This document shows, in pieces, positions 1-9,528 of a stretch of 64,000 bases of DNA. The notes below the pieces were generated by a model. That model was not told the origin of the DNA, did not search any database, and worked only from the letters and a program-made list of their open reading frames with translations. This DNA is from an uncultured Lactobacillus sp. (GTDB lineage Bacteria; Bacillota; Bacilli; Lactobacillales; Lactobacillaceae). A program made the position numbers and the translations under genes. The DNA is taken from positions 52,019 through 116,018 of the forward strand of contig CALNAK010000035.1 of assembly GCA_937874185.1 (NCBI GenBank), given 5' to 3'. Position 1 is the stretch's first letter, and every line of letters begins with the position of its first letter.

Positions 1-1390
1 ATCCTCATTGGATGGTATTGATTTAGTTGAAAACTACTTCAAATTGATTTTTACAAAATTGATGAACATGTCGATTATTCCACCAGTTTTATTGATTTAT
101 ATCTACATGCAAAATATTGCATCCGGAATTACTTTGACAATCATCGTTCCACTAGTAATTCTCTTTATGATCATCCTAGGATTAGCTGCACAGGCTAAAG
201 CTGACTCTCAGTATAAACAATACACGATTCTTTCAAATCACTTCCTAGACGCCTTACGTGGCCTTCCAACACTAAAAATGTTGGGTTTAAGTAAGCGCTA
301 TGCTAAAAACATTTATACCGTTAGTGATGAGTATCGTCGTCGAACAATGAATACCTTGAGAATCGCTATCCTATCGACCTTTGCCCTCGATTGGTTAACC
401 ACTTTAGGAATTGCTATCTTGGCCGTCTTCCTAGGCTTAGGACTTATTAATGGCAGTTTCCCACTCTTCCCAGCTTTAGTTACTTTAATCTTGGCTCCAG
501 AGTATTTCCTACCTTTGAGAGATTTCTCAAATGATTATCACGCTACTTTGAATGGTAAAAATGCCTTAAATTCTATTTTTGAAATTTTGGAACGTCCTAC
601 TAAAGCTAAAGATGACGAATTAACCGACTTCGATTGGAATGAAAATTCACAAGTTGAAATCAATAATCTTCAATTCTCATTTAATGGTGTTGGTAATAAC
701 GAGGTTAGTTTAGACATTGATAAATTAAAGTTAGCTGGTTATCAAAAAATTGGTGTTATCGGTAAATCTGGCTCTGGTAAAACTACTTTGATCAGAACTA
801 TCGGGGGATTCATCATACCCGACAGTGCCGATATCAAAATCAATAATCAAAAGGTAGCAAACTTCAAACAAGCTAATTGGCAAAAGAAACTAACCTTCTT
901 GCCCCAATCTCCTTATCTTTTTGCTGGTTCGTTGGCTGAAAATATCGCCTTTTACAAACCAGAATCCACTGAAGCTGAAATTGAAAAAGCCGCTGATGCG
1001 GCCGGTTTAACTGAGTTTATTCAGACACTTTCTGATGGTTACAAAACACAGATTGGTGAAGGTGGTCGTGGTATTTCCGGTGGTCAGCAACAAAGAATCA
1101 TGTTGGCTCGTGCCTTTCTAGCTGATGACCGTCACGTTTTGATTTTCGATGAACCAACCGCCCATTTGGATATTGAAACTGAATACGCTTTGAAGAAACC
1201 GATGGAAAAGCTTTTCCAAAATCATTTAGTTATCTTCGCAACCCACCGACTTCACTGGATCAAAGAAATGGATTACGTTATCGTTATGGATAATGGTCAG
1301 ATTGCTGAGCAAGGTACACCTGACGAGCTTCGTAACCATAACGGTGCTTATTCTAAATTAATTGAAAATATGCGAGGTGATCAACTATGA
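1..1390 (+). CDS. cydD: ABC transporter permease/ATPase CydD (thiol reductant exporter), 5' end cut by window edge
   Basis: The frame of ORF 8..1390 stays open to nt 2, so the N-terminus lies upstream. A TM-rich part is followed by an NBD with Walker A GKSGSGKTT, signature ISGGQQQR and Walker B LIFDEPTAHLD. The stop overlaps the start of a second fused ABC gene (ATGA at 1387-1390). Confidence 0.8.
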   Translation, partial: SSLDGIDLVENYFKLIFTKLMNMSIIPPVLLIYIYMQNIASGITLTIIVPLVILFMIILGLAAQAKADSQYKQYTILSNHFLDALRGLPTLKMLGLSKRYAKNIYTVSDEYRRRTMNTLRIAILSTFALDWLTTLGIAILAVFLGLGLINGSFPLFPALVTLILAPEYFLPLRDFSNDYHATLNGKNALNSIFEILERPTKAKDDELTDFDWNENSQVEINNLQFSFNGVGNNEVSLDIDKLKLAGYQKIGVIGKSGSGKTTLIRTIGGFIIPDSADIKINNQKVANFKQANWQKKLTFLPQSPYLFAGSLAENIAFYKPESTEAEIEKAADAAGLTEFIQTLSDGYKTQIGEGGRGISGGQQQRIMLARAFLADDRHVLIFDEPTAHLDIETEYALKKPMEKLFQNHLVIFATHRLHWIKEMDYVIVMDNGQIAEQGTPDELRNHNGAYSKLIENMRGDQL

Positions 1391-3126
1391 ATTTCTTCAA
1401 AACCTTCAAGTCCGATACATGGGTCAAACCATATATCAAGCAATATAAGGGACTTTTGATCACTGCTTTATTACTCGGACTATTAACTTCATTTTGTGCC
1501 GCTGCATTGATGTTTACTTCTGGCTACACAATTGATAAAGCTGCGACACATCCTGTCAATATTCTTTTAATCTACGTTCCAATTTTGTTAACACGGGCTT
1601 TTGGTATCGGACGTCCAGTTTTCAAGTATATTGAACGTCTAAAGAGTCACAACTGGGTATTAAGAGTTACTTCAGACTTGAGAACTAGGCTCTATAAAAC
1701 ACTTGAAAGTGACGCTTCATTCTTTAATGAACATCACAAAACTGGTGATATCATGGGACTTCTTTCCGAAGATATCAGTCACCTTCAAAATCTTTATTTA
1801 AGAACTATTTTCCCAACTGTTATCTCATATCTCTTAACAATCATTGCTTCGATTGCACTAGGCATTTTTAATCCTTCATTTGGATTCTTTGTTTTCTTAC
1901 TATTATTCATCGAAGTTTTCATCGTTCCATTAATTTCCGTTACAATTGAAAGTGCCCGTCGGACCTATCAAAAGGAAGTTAAGAGTGACCTTTATGTTCA
2001 ACTGACCGACAATATCCTTGGTGTTGACGACTGGGTTATTTCTGGACGTAAGGATGACTTCAAGAATCTAACTTCAGAAAACATCAAAAACCTTGATAGT
2101 TCCAAGAACAAATCTAAGGCGTTCCGTCGCAATCGTGACTTCGGACTACAATTGATTTTCGCCGCCTTAGTTGTTTGTTTCTTAATTTTTACAAATCTAA
2201 CTATGACTCATAATCAAGAGCAAGCTAATTTCGTCGCAGCGGTCGTTCTAGCCATTTTCCCACTATCAGATACAATTATCCCAGTTAGTCAGGGATTCGA
2301 AGAGTGGCCTCTTTATAAGGATTCTATCAACCGTTTAAACACGATTAAACCTATCAAGGATAATTTACCTGAACAAGTTGATTTGAAGCCAGACGACTTC
2401 AAAACTCTAACTTTGAATCATGTTGATTTCGAATATGATACTGATTCACCAGTTCTAATCAAGAACTTCTCACAAACGATTACTAAGGGCGAAAAGTTAG
2501 CCTTATTGGGACCAAGCGGTATCGGTAAAACAACTATTCTTCAATTAATTCTGGGAGATCTAACTCCTCAAAACGGTCACATCAAAATTAACGATTTAGA
2601 TGTCGCACAGATCCAAAAGAACCGTGAAAAAATCTATTCCGTTCTTAACCAAAAGCCATTCCTATTCAACACAACTTTATTGAATAACGTTCGTTTAGGT
2701 AATGAGAATAAAACTGATTCTGAAGTTAAAAAAGCTATTGAACGTGTTGGTTTAAAAGATTTAATAGAATCATTGCCCAATAAATACAACACCATTGTTG
2801 GTGAAAACGGATCAAGATTCTCTGGTGGAGAACAAGAAAGAATTGCTCTAGCTAGAATTTTGTTACAAGATGCTCCAATCGTCTTACTAGATGAACCAAC
2901 CGTTGGACTAGATCCAATCACTGAGAATGATTTGTTGGAAACAATCTTTGATGTTTTAAAAGACAAAACTATTATTTGGGTAACCCACCATTTACAAGGC
3001 GTCAAACACGTCGATCACATTATCTTCTTGAATAGTGAAAAGATTGAAATGGAAGGAAATCCTGAAGAACTTTATAATTCTAATAAACATTTCAAGGAAC
3101 TGTATCAAATGGATCAAGGATTATAG
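1387..3126 (+). CDS. cydC: ABC transporter permease/ATPase CydC
   Basis: 579 aa with a TM domain plus an NBD (Walker A GPSGIGKTT, signature FSGGEQER, Walker B VLLDEPTVGLD). It is translationally coupled to cydD. Confidence 0.8.
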   Translation: MNFFKTFKSDTWVKPYIKQYKGLLITALLLGLLTSFCAAALMFTSGYTIDKAATHPVNILLIYVPILLTRAFGIGRPVFKYIERLKSHNWVLRVTSDLRTRLYKTLESDASFFNEHHKTGDIMGLLSEDISHLQNLYLRTIFPTVISYLLTIIASIALGIFNPSFGFFVFLLLFIEVFIVPLISVTIESARRTYQKEVKSDLYVQLTDNILGVDDWVISGRKDDFKNLTSENIKNLDSSKNKSKAFRRNRDFGLQLIFAALVVCFLIFTNLTMTHNQEQANFVAAVVLAIFPLSDTIIPVSQGFEEWPLYKDSINRLNTIKPIKDNLPEQVDLKPDDFKTLTLNHVDFEYDTDSPVLIKNFSQTITKGEKLALLGPSGIGKTTILQLILGDLTPQNGHIKINDLDVAQIQKNREKIYSVLNQKPFLFNTTLLNNVRLGNENKTDSEVKKAIERVGLKDLIESLPNKYNTIVGENGSRFSGGEQERIALARILLQDAPIVLLDEPTVGLDPITENDLLETIFDVLKDKTIIWVTHHLQGVKHVDHIIFLNSEKIEMEGNPEELYNSNKHFKELYQMDQGL

Positions 3127-3153
3127 CCGTTATAACGTTATGAATAAAAATAA

Positions 3154-3203
3154 GGGTTCTGAATTAGTCGGTTAATGCCAACTGATTCAGAACCCTTTTA
3201 TTT
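3154..3203. terminator. Bidirectional intrinsic terminator between convergent genes
   Basis: Inverted repeat GGGTTCTGAATtAGT...ACTgATTCAGAACCC, with an A-run before and a T-run after. Confidence 0.75.
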
Positions 3204-3227
3204 ATCGCTACTATTAAGTGGTAAAAC

Positions 3228-3542
3228 TTAGAAAAATTGAATCCTTAAATCTCCAACACCGTTAGCAATCCACTTGTAACTGCCAGCTCGGGACAATTTA
3301 ATTAGTTGCGTATAATCAGAATTAAAATTGTCGTCCAAATCCATCTTTTTATTACCTAAAACAAATAGATTTATCCCATTAACGGTCTTAGCTGCAACTA
3401 CTTGAGGAGCCATACCTTTGTTAAGAGCTGTGGCAGCTTTCATCAAAACACCTAATATATCAGGATCATTACTCCCTGCCTTAACATTGTTATACATTGA
3501 ATCTATTAGCTGAAACACTTCGTCTTTTATATTATCTGTCAT
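3228..3542 (-). CDS. Putative bacteriocin immunity protein (EntA-immunity-like small helical protein)
   Basis: About 104 aa from the internal ATG (MTDNIKDEVFQLIDSMYNN...), which is preceded by GGGGA. Size and an all-helical pattern (..ILGVLMKAATALNKG..YTQLIKLS..) resemble class II bacteriocin immunity proteins. This is by-eye similarity only. Confidence 0.4.
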   Translation of the reverse strand: MTDNIKDEVFQLIDSMYNNVKAGSNDPDILGVLMKAATALNKGMAPQVVAAKTVNGINLFVLGNKKMDLDDNFNSDYTQLIKLSRAGSYKWIANGVGDLRIQFF

Positions 3543-3598
3543 TATTATTATCCCCATATTAATAATTTATAGTTTAATTGCTTTGGACGGCGGACAAC

Positions 3599-3937
3599 TT
3601 AGTGTCCTCCTCCCCAGGCAACGGCGTTAATAATTCCAATCCCACTCTGAGAAATTGATTTTTGAGATAACTTATCTAATTTATTGATTAGTTCATTTTG
3701 ATGCTCGTCAAAATGGTATGTCTTTTTTAAAGCAATCTTTTGAAATTTACCAATCATCTCATTTAGAGCATCTGAAATTTGTTTATATTTTTGAGAATCC
3801 TTTTCTGGCTTATTAATCTGGTTGTAAGCAACCTGAATACTATCTGTAATCCCACTTTGATCAACGACTGACTTATTCAATTCATTCAAACTAGCATTGA
3901 CCTGTTCAAGTACCTCAGATTTTTTTGCTTGATTCAT
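3599..3937 (-). CDS. Hypothetical small helical protein with Gly-rich C-terminus (..GIGIINAVAWGGGH)
   Basis: ORF with RBS GGGGAG 6 nt before the ATG at 3937 (MNQAKKSEV...). The sequence is heptad-like and charged, and I recognise no family. Confidence 0.5.
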   Translation of the reverse strand: MNQAKKSEVLEQVNASLNELNKSVVDQSGITDSIQVAYNQINKPEKDSQKYKQISDALNEMIGKFQKIALKKTYHFDEHQNELINKLDKLSQKSISQSGIGIINAVAWGGGH

Positions 3938-3980
3938 AATATTCTCCCCTATCAAAAAGTGGCTGGTTAATAACTACTTT

Positions 3981-4131
3981 GTTACTCAAACTTGCTGCTT
4001 AAACGCGGAATAAAACACAACTTCACTCCGCTTAATCCAAAATGGGCAGTAACTCAAACTCGAGTTACCACCCATTCACATTAATGCTCGGAAGCTGAAC
4101 GTGTTTTATCCCGATCTGTAAGTATTATCAC
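3981..4131 (+). repeat. Family-A long imperfect palindrome, copy A1
   Basis: Left arm CGCGGAATAAAACACAACTTCACTCCGCTTAATCCAAAATGGGCAGTAACTC. The right arm is its imperfect reverse complement, with the apex at about 4056-4061. Related copies lie at 28530-28668 and 61733-61872 (inverted). Confidence 0.8.
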
Positions 4132-4174
4132 TTCATTCAAGCTAATACAATCCGCGTTCTTTTAATAATAAATA

Positions 4175-5146
4175 CTATTTAATTCGGTTAACCAGCCTTT
4201 TAACAACAGCTTTTATAACTTTACGGCTCGTATTATTTGGCAATTTGTCCAACTCATTTAGGGCATCTTGCGTATACTGTCGAGCAATCTCTTTGGCCTG
4301 ATTCAAATAGCCATCTTCCACAACTATATTAGTTGCTTTGGCGTCATCATCAGCGCTAAGTTCATCTTTTGACAAAATAGCGACTAAGTCAGAATTATTA
4401 TCTTCTAATCCCAAAATGTATGGTAGTGAATATACTCCATTTTTCAAATCTTCACGGACTGGCTTACCTATTTGAGCAGAGCTACTGAAATCTAAAATAT
4501 CATCAATAATTTGAAAAGCCATCCCAATGTCATAACCAATTTTCTTACAACTATTAACTAATTCTTCATTGCCACCACTAACAATGGCTCCCATTTTTGA
4601 ACTCAAACTAAATAACTCAGCTGTTTTACCTGATACTTCTTTGATATACATTTCTTTAGTCGCATTGACATTGAAATTGATCAACATTTGGTCCAATTCG
4701 CCAATCAAAATCTTTTTCATACTCAAAGCATTACGTAAAATATCGGTATTATCAGTTAAATTGCGAGAAATTAGCTCAAAATACAATGTAAATAAGTAGT
4801 CACCAGCATAAATTGCGTTTCTGCGACCATATTTCGTATGAATTGTAGGACGTGATCTTCTCATTGGTGAATCATCAATCACATCATCATGAATCAAAGT
4901 AGCAACATGCAAAACTTCTAAAGATGCGGCCAAGGGGATTAATTCTTGAGTCGTTCTTTTTTTCTCACCAAACTCGCTGAACAGTAAGAAAAAGGCCGGA
5001 CGCAACATCTTGCCACCTGAAGTTAAATCTATAATCATTGAACTAATATCAAGATTTTTAATACTCACGATTTCGTGAATATATTCTGTCGTTAAATCCA
5101 ATTTTTCCCCTAGTTGAGGATAGCTTTTCCAAATTGAGTTCGCCAT
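4175..5146 (-). CDS. Polyprenyl diphosphate synthase (HepT/IspB-like trans-isoprenyl synthase)
   Basis: 323 aa with both Asp-rich motifs (LIHDDVIDD and QIIDDILD). It is divergent from menA. Confidence 0.8.
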   Translation of the reverse strand: MANSIWKSYPQLGEKLDLTTEYIHEIVSIKNLDISSMIIDLTSGGKMLRPAFFLLFSEFGEKKRTTQELIPLAASLEVLHVATLIHDDVIDDSPMRRSRPTIHTKYGRRNAIYAGDYLFTLYFELISRNLTDNTDILRNALSMKKILIGELDQMLINFNVNATKEMYIKEVSGKTAELFSLSSKMGAIVSGGNEELVNSCKKIGYDIGMAFQIIDDILDFSSSAQIGKPVREDLKNGVYSLPYILGLEDNNSDLVAILSKDELSADDDAKATNIVVEDGYLNQAKEIARQYTQDALNELDKLPNNTSRKVIKAVVKRLVNRIK

Positions 5147-5231
5147 AAAATATATATTACCCCTGTATCACTTTGTTGTATTCCAAAATAATTCTATAAT
5201 AGAAATTATCAAATCCAAAGGACTGATTTTT

Positions 5232-6146
5232 GTGAAACCTTCTGTTTTTTTTGAACTTGTCGAAATAAAAGCTAAAACTGCGAGTGTCTTCCCTTTTCTA
5301 ATGGGAACGTTGTACTCATATTATCACTGGCACTCAATTAACGCTTTTGATTTGATTTTATTCTTTATCGCCATGTTTCTATTCAATATGGCCGTTGATA
5401 TTAATGACAACTATTGGGACTATAAAAACGCCATCGGTGTAGATAGTTTCAGAAAAGGAACCAACGTAATTGGCGTCAATCATTTGAATATTCATCTGAT
5501 TGGCTGGATTGATTTCTCATTTACAGCACTTTCAGCCATCATTGGACTTTTCATAGTTTATCGAACTGGTCTTCCATTATTATACTTGGGATTATTCTCG
5601 TTTGCTGTCGGATTCTGTTACGCAGGCGGACCTTGGCCAATAAATCGAGGACCACTTGGCGAATTTTTCTCAGGTTTTACAATGGGATTCGTTATTTACT
5701 TGATTGCTATCTATATCAATGTAGTTAATAATCCTGCCGTTATTTTAGATTTCAAATTTTATGGAGACGCTTTACTATCTTCACTTTTGACAGTCTTCGC
5801 CATTTCCAATCTCCTCTTGGCTAACAATATAGCTGACCAAAAGGAAGACATTGGATTAGGACGTAAAACGATGGTTTATTACTTAGGAAAAGCCAATTCC
5901 ATTTTCATTCTAAAATCATTATACGTTCTCGGATATCTGGCATTACTCTGTTCAGTCATCCTCGGACTACTTCCAAAACTGATGCTGTTAACATTTTTAA
6001 TAACACCAATAGTTTATAAAAATGCCAAAGCTTTCAGCAAGAATCCTATCAAGAAGAAAACATTCCCCTTGATTATTAAGAATCTCTTACTGATAACTTT
6101 GACAGAGACGGTCACCTTTTTATTAGGCGTTATATTTAATTTTTAA
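5232..6146 (+). CDS. menA: 1,4-dihydroxy-2-naphthoate polyprenyltransferase (UbiA family)
   Basis: 304 aa polytopic membrane protein with a UbiA-type Asp-rich motif (DINDNYWDYKNA) and a GTG start. It is adjacent to the polyprenyl synthase. Confidence 0.75.
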   Translation: MKPSVFFELVEIKAKTASVFPFLMGTLYSYYHWHSINAFDLILFFIAMFLFNMAVDINDNYWDYKNAIGVDSFRKGTNVIGVNHLNIHLIGWIDFSFTALSAIIGLFIVYRTGLPLLYLGLFSFAVGFCYAGGPWPINRGPLGEFFSGFTMGFVIYLIAIYINVVNNPAVILDFKFYGDALLSSLLTVFAISNLLLANNIADQKEDIGLGRKTMVYYLGKANSIFILKSLYVLGYLALLCSVILGLLPKLMLLTFLITPIVYKNAKAFSKNPIKKKTFPLIIKNLLLITLTETVTFLLGVIFNF

Positions 6147-7336
6147 TCCAATAATTTCGCAAATCCATAAGTATCTTGGGCAATCATCAATTCCTCATTA
6201 GTTGGAATTGTATAAGCAGCAACAGTGGAATCATCAGTTGTTATCTTAATTTCCTTGCCACGGACTTTATTATTTTCTTGATCAATCTTCAGACCCATAT
6301 ATTCAAAACCACTCATGATATCTTCACGAACTTCGGCGGAATTTTCACCAACACCAGCGGTAAAGGCAATTACGTCAATGCCACCCATTTCGGCGATATA
6401 TGAACCAACAAATTTGATAATGCGGTTACGATACATTTCTAAGGCCAATTTAGCACGTTCATTGGTATCTTCATTAGCTTCAATATCACGCATATCAGCT
6501 GACACACCAGAAATACCTAACAAACCAGATTTATTATTAAGAATATCGATCATGTCAGAGATATCAGTTAAACCTAACTTTTTCATTAGATATGGAATGA
6601 TAGAAAAGTCGATATCACCACTTCTGGAACTCATCATGATACCAGCTAGTGGAGTGAATCCCATTGAAATATCATAGGCTTTACCATTCTTGATGGCACT
6701 GATTGAAGCTCCACTACCCAAGTGAAGAACGATAACATTCTTATCTTGGATACCACCGTCAACGATTTTATCCAAACGTTGGGCAATATAACGATGACTT
6801 GTACCATGTGCTCCGTAACGGCGTACGTGGTATTTTTTGTAGTCTTCCAAATCAAGACTATATAGGTAGTTAACTTCTGGAATATCGACGAAGAATGATG
6901 AATCAAACACAGCTACTTGAATAGCCTTAGGAACCAATTTTCTGAAAACACTAATATAATAGGCTTCAATTTTGTTATGTAACGGAGCGTATTCTGCAAG
7001 CTCTTCAATTTTTTTCAAATTTTCACTAGTAACGATTTCAGACTTCTTAAAGGCTTCACCACCAGCAACAACCCGGTGACCAAAGGCGACAATATCTTCG
7101 AACTTTTCAATAATTTTCATATCTTTCAAAGCGTCTAGGATAGACAATACGGCAACATCATTGGACTTAATAGCTTGTTCACGTTCAATTTTCTTACCGT
7201 TATACTTCAATTTAAAAACGGCTTTAGGAGTACCTAATCGGTCAATCATCCCTGAAGCAATTGTTGTTTTATCAGGCATCTCAAAAAGTTTCCACTTCAA
7301 AGTTGAACTACCTGCATTTATAGCCATAATCTTCAT
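6143..7336 (-). CDS. ackA: Acetate kinase
   Basis: MKIMAINAGSSTLKWKLF... is a typical AckA N-terminus. AAGGAG lies about 9 nt upstream of the ATG at 7336, and the longer ORF to 7366 lacks an RBS. Confidence 0.9.
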   Translation of the reverse strand: MKIMAINAGSSTLKWKLFEMPDKTTIASGMIDRLGTPKAVFKLKYNGKKIEREQAIKSNDVAVLSILDALKDMKIIEKFEDIVAFGHRVVAGGEAFKKSEIVTSENLKKIEELAEYAPLHNKIEAYYISVFRKLVPKAIQVAVFDSSFFVDIPEVNYLYSLDLEDYKKYHVRRYGAHGTSHRYIAQRLDKIVDGGIQDKNVIVLHLGSGASISAIKNGKAYDISMGFTPLAGIMMSSRSGDIDFSIIPYLMKKLGLTDISDMIDILNNKSGLLGISGVSADMRDIEANEDTNERAKLALEMYRNRIIKFVGSYIAEMGGIDVIAFTAGVGENSAEVREDIMSGFEYMGLKIDQENNKVRGKEIKITTDDSTVAAYTIPTNEELMIAQDTYGFAKLLD

Positions 7337-7461
7337 ACAAAAACTCTCCTTTTTTGGTCTAGGCATTCTCTTTAAATAGCGCTACATCAGACTTTACACC
7401 GATATAAAAAAATGCTACTCTTTAGTAACTATTATAAGTCTTTTTATGGGGGAATTCATTC

Positions 7462-9378
7462 GTGAAATTTTTAGACATGCTACGCAAAATTGATGAGAAA
7501 CCAGAGCCAACAAAACCGGCCACTGATGCTCCTAAAAAGGACCAAACTTCTGAATCAGATAACGCAACTTCAGACGCTACAACAACTGATGTTGCTGAAA
7601 AATCTGACAAACAGGAAGAAAATCTTCCTGTATCTGTTCATGACAAGCGCCTCAACATTGAAGGCCAAATGAACGACCTCTCACATCAATATGCACAATT
7701 GAGAAATGATCTCAAAACGAACCTTTTCACTGAAAAAGACGATTTCGAAACAAAGAAAGAAACCTTAGACAAATATCTTAAGACTCTAAAACGTGATGAA
7801 AAAGAATCAAACGACAAACTCGATGACACTAAAGCACAAAACGACGATGCCGCCAAAGAACATCTCGCAGTTGTTAATGCCGATCGTAAGGAACAAGAAG
7901 AAAATCTTGCTGACCTACAATCACAACTAAACGAATTGAATGCTGAAATCAATACTAAAACAGCTAACCTAGAATCACTTCAAAATGATCTTGCTCAAAA
8001 CGAAAAATCCGAAACTGATATGTCTACTTCGATCAAGGAAGAAAAGGATCTTCAAAAGATGCTTGCCTTGATGGAAGACCAAAAGAATTCTATCAACACT
8101 CTCTATGACCAAAGAAAAGATCTCAAAGGCCAAATCAATTCCGCTCAAGAAGATATCACAAAGCAAAATGGCAAAGCTGATAGTCTTAATACTAATATTA
8201 GTAAAGTAAACAATCAAATAGCAGATTCAAAACAAAAGGCTAACGAAATTTCTGACAAGATGAAGAGTGACCACAATTACCGCATTGAAACCATTGCCGG
8301 CCTAGAACGTCACATTCAAAGCCTTGGTGAGGAACATACTAAAATTGATGGTGAACTTGGCGAAATCAACGATAATATTTCGTACATCAGTAAATATATC
8401 AAAGACGTTTTCCATTCAGCTTACCTAGTTCGTGACGTTTATCTTGATAAAGACAAAGAGTATTACGTAGCTGCTGATGACTTCGGTACTGAAGCTGCTA
8501 AGAATGATTTGTTTGGCATGGTCAACTACCTCGAAACTAAACTTCAAAAACCAGTTACAGTCGTTTCAACTTTCTACAGTAATCATATTCACGAAATCAT
8601 CGACAAGAAAGCTAAAGATAGCCACTTGGCTATTCCAAACGTCGTTAATTTATTTGATCAACTACAAAAGAGTCCTAATCCAACTGACAAGAAAGTTGCC
8701 ATTCCTGAAAACACTGACTGGGTAACTAGAACTGACGTTGAATCACAAGACACATTTATCTATGACCAAAAACAAACTTTGCTTATGACCGTTGAATACT
8801 TTGAAAAATCAATCGATCGTATCAACTATTACAAGAACGACCAAATCGTTAAAACAAATATTTATAACGCCAATGGTCAATTATCATCAACACAAAGTTT
8901 CAACAAGAACAAGGAATTAGCTGAACAAAACTTCTATCGTACAGATAGTTCAATTGTTCTAACTGTTATCTTCGACAAGAATAAGGCGGTTAGTTATCAA
9001 TTATTCGATAAAAATGGTCTTTTGGAACACGACTTCAACGAGAAGTCAGAACTTATCACATGGTGGTTGAAGAATATTTCACCTAACACTGAGAATGCTG
9101 TCTTTGTTGGTAACAACTCTGACTTGCTATATCAATTGATCATGAGTGTTAATAGTATTTCAAGTGACAGCACAATTCTTCTACTTCAAGATGTTGCCAA
9201 CAAGATTGAGGATGTAATTGCTTTACTAGACAAGAGAAGTGACGTTAAGGAAGTCTTCGTTCAAACTGAAGATGACTTACACGCGATTGAAAATAAGACA
9301 AATCGTGACATTAGTGTTAGTGTTATAAATACATCAAGTAACGGCATGTTGTCTCTTCCAGAATCATTAAAAATTTAA
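7462..9378 (+). CDS. Hypothetical cytoplasmic protein with an N-terminal ~300 aa coiled coil and a C-terminal domain resembling the N-half of GT-B (TagE/GtfB-like) glycosyltransferases
   Basis: 638 aa, GTG start after GGGGGAA, no signal peptide or TM segment. The N-half is K/E/D/Q/N-rich and heptad-like. The C-half (..DRINYYKNDQIVKTNIYNANGQL..ELITWWLKNI..AVFVGNN..) looks like the non-catalytic N-domain of TagE/GtfA/GtfB proteins. Confidence 0.5.
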   Translation: MKFLDMLRKIDEKPEPTKPATDAPKKDQTSESDNATSDATTTDVAEKSDKQEENLPVSVHDKRLNIEGQMNDLSHQYAQLRNDLKTNLFTEKDDFETKKETLDKYLKTLKRDEKESNDKLDDTKAQNDDAAKEHLAVVNADRKEQEENLADLQSQLNELNAEINTKTANLESLQNDLAQNEKSETDMSTSIKEEKDLQKMLALMEDQKNSINTLYDQRKDLKGQINSAQEDITKQNGKADSLNTNISKVNNQIADSKQKANEISDKMKSDHNYRIETIAGLERHIQSLGEEHTKIDGELGEINDNISYISKYIKDVFHSAYLVRDVYLDKDKEYYVAADDFGTEAAKNDLFGMVNYLETKLQKPVTVVSTFYSNHIHEIIDKKAKDSHLAIPNVVNLFDQLQKSPNPTDKKVAIPENTDWVTRTDVESQDTFIYDQKQTLLMTVEYFEKSIDRINYYKNDQIVKTNIYNANGQLSSTQSFNKNKELAEQNFYRTDSSIVLTVIFDKNKAVSYQLFDKNGLLEHDFNEKSELITWWLKNISPNTENAVFVGNNSDLLYQLIMSVNSISSDSTILLLQDVANKIEDVIALLDKRSDVKEVFVQTEDDLHAIENKTNRDISVSVINTSSNGMLSLPESLKI

Positions 9379-9528
9379 TTAAAATGAGGGGCTGTAACAA
9401 CATTACAGTGTGAAGTTCTGTGGTAAATCACAAATCCCTCTTTAGTTGTGAAAAAAACCAAATTCATACTAATGGATTTGATTTTTTTATTGCCATTATT
9501 TTATAATCTTGCGAAAGTGACGAAAATT

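Noticed and set aside
2634-3005. Antisense ORFs embedded in well-supported genes. Examples: 2634..3005, 4569..4799, 6315..6677, 7686..7952, 10005..10346, 22217..22468, 46998..47252, 55670..56047, 57276..57533, 58737..58961, 63662..63919
   Set aside because: Each lies opposite a long gene with strong family motifs. None has an SD sequence, and all have the skewed composition typical of shadow frames.
7385-7400. TAGCGCTA palindrome upstream of ackA, considered as a cre (CcpA) site
   Set aside because: The flanking bases do not fit the cre consensus (TGNAANCGNTNNCA), and only the central CG core matches.
9385-9445. Multi-hairpin segment (GAGGGG..CTGTA/TACAG..TGTGA/TCACA..CCCTC) between the coiled-coil gene and the GT2 gene, considered as a riboswitch
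   Set aside because: It is too short, has no recognisable conserved riboswitch core, and is followed by only a weak T-run. It is most simply a leaky intercistronic terminator or attenuator.
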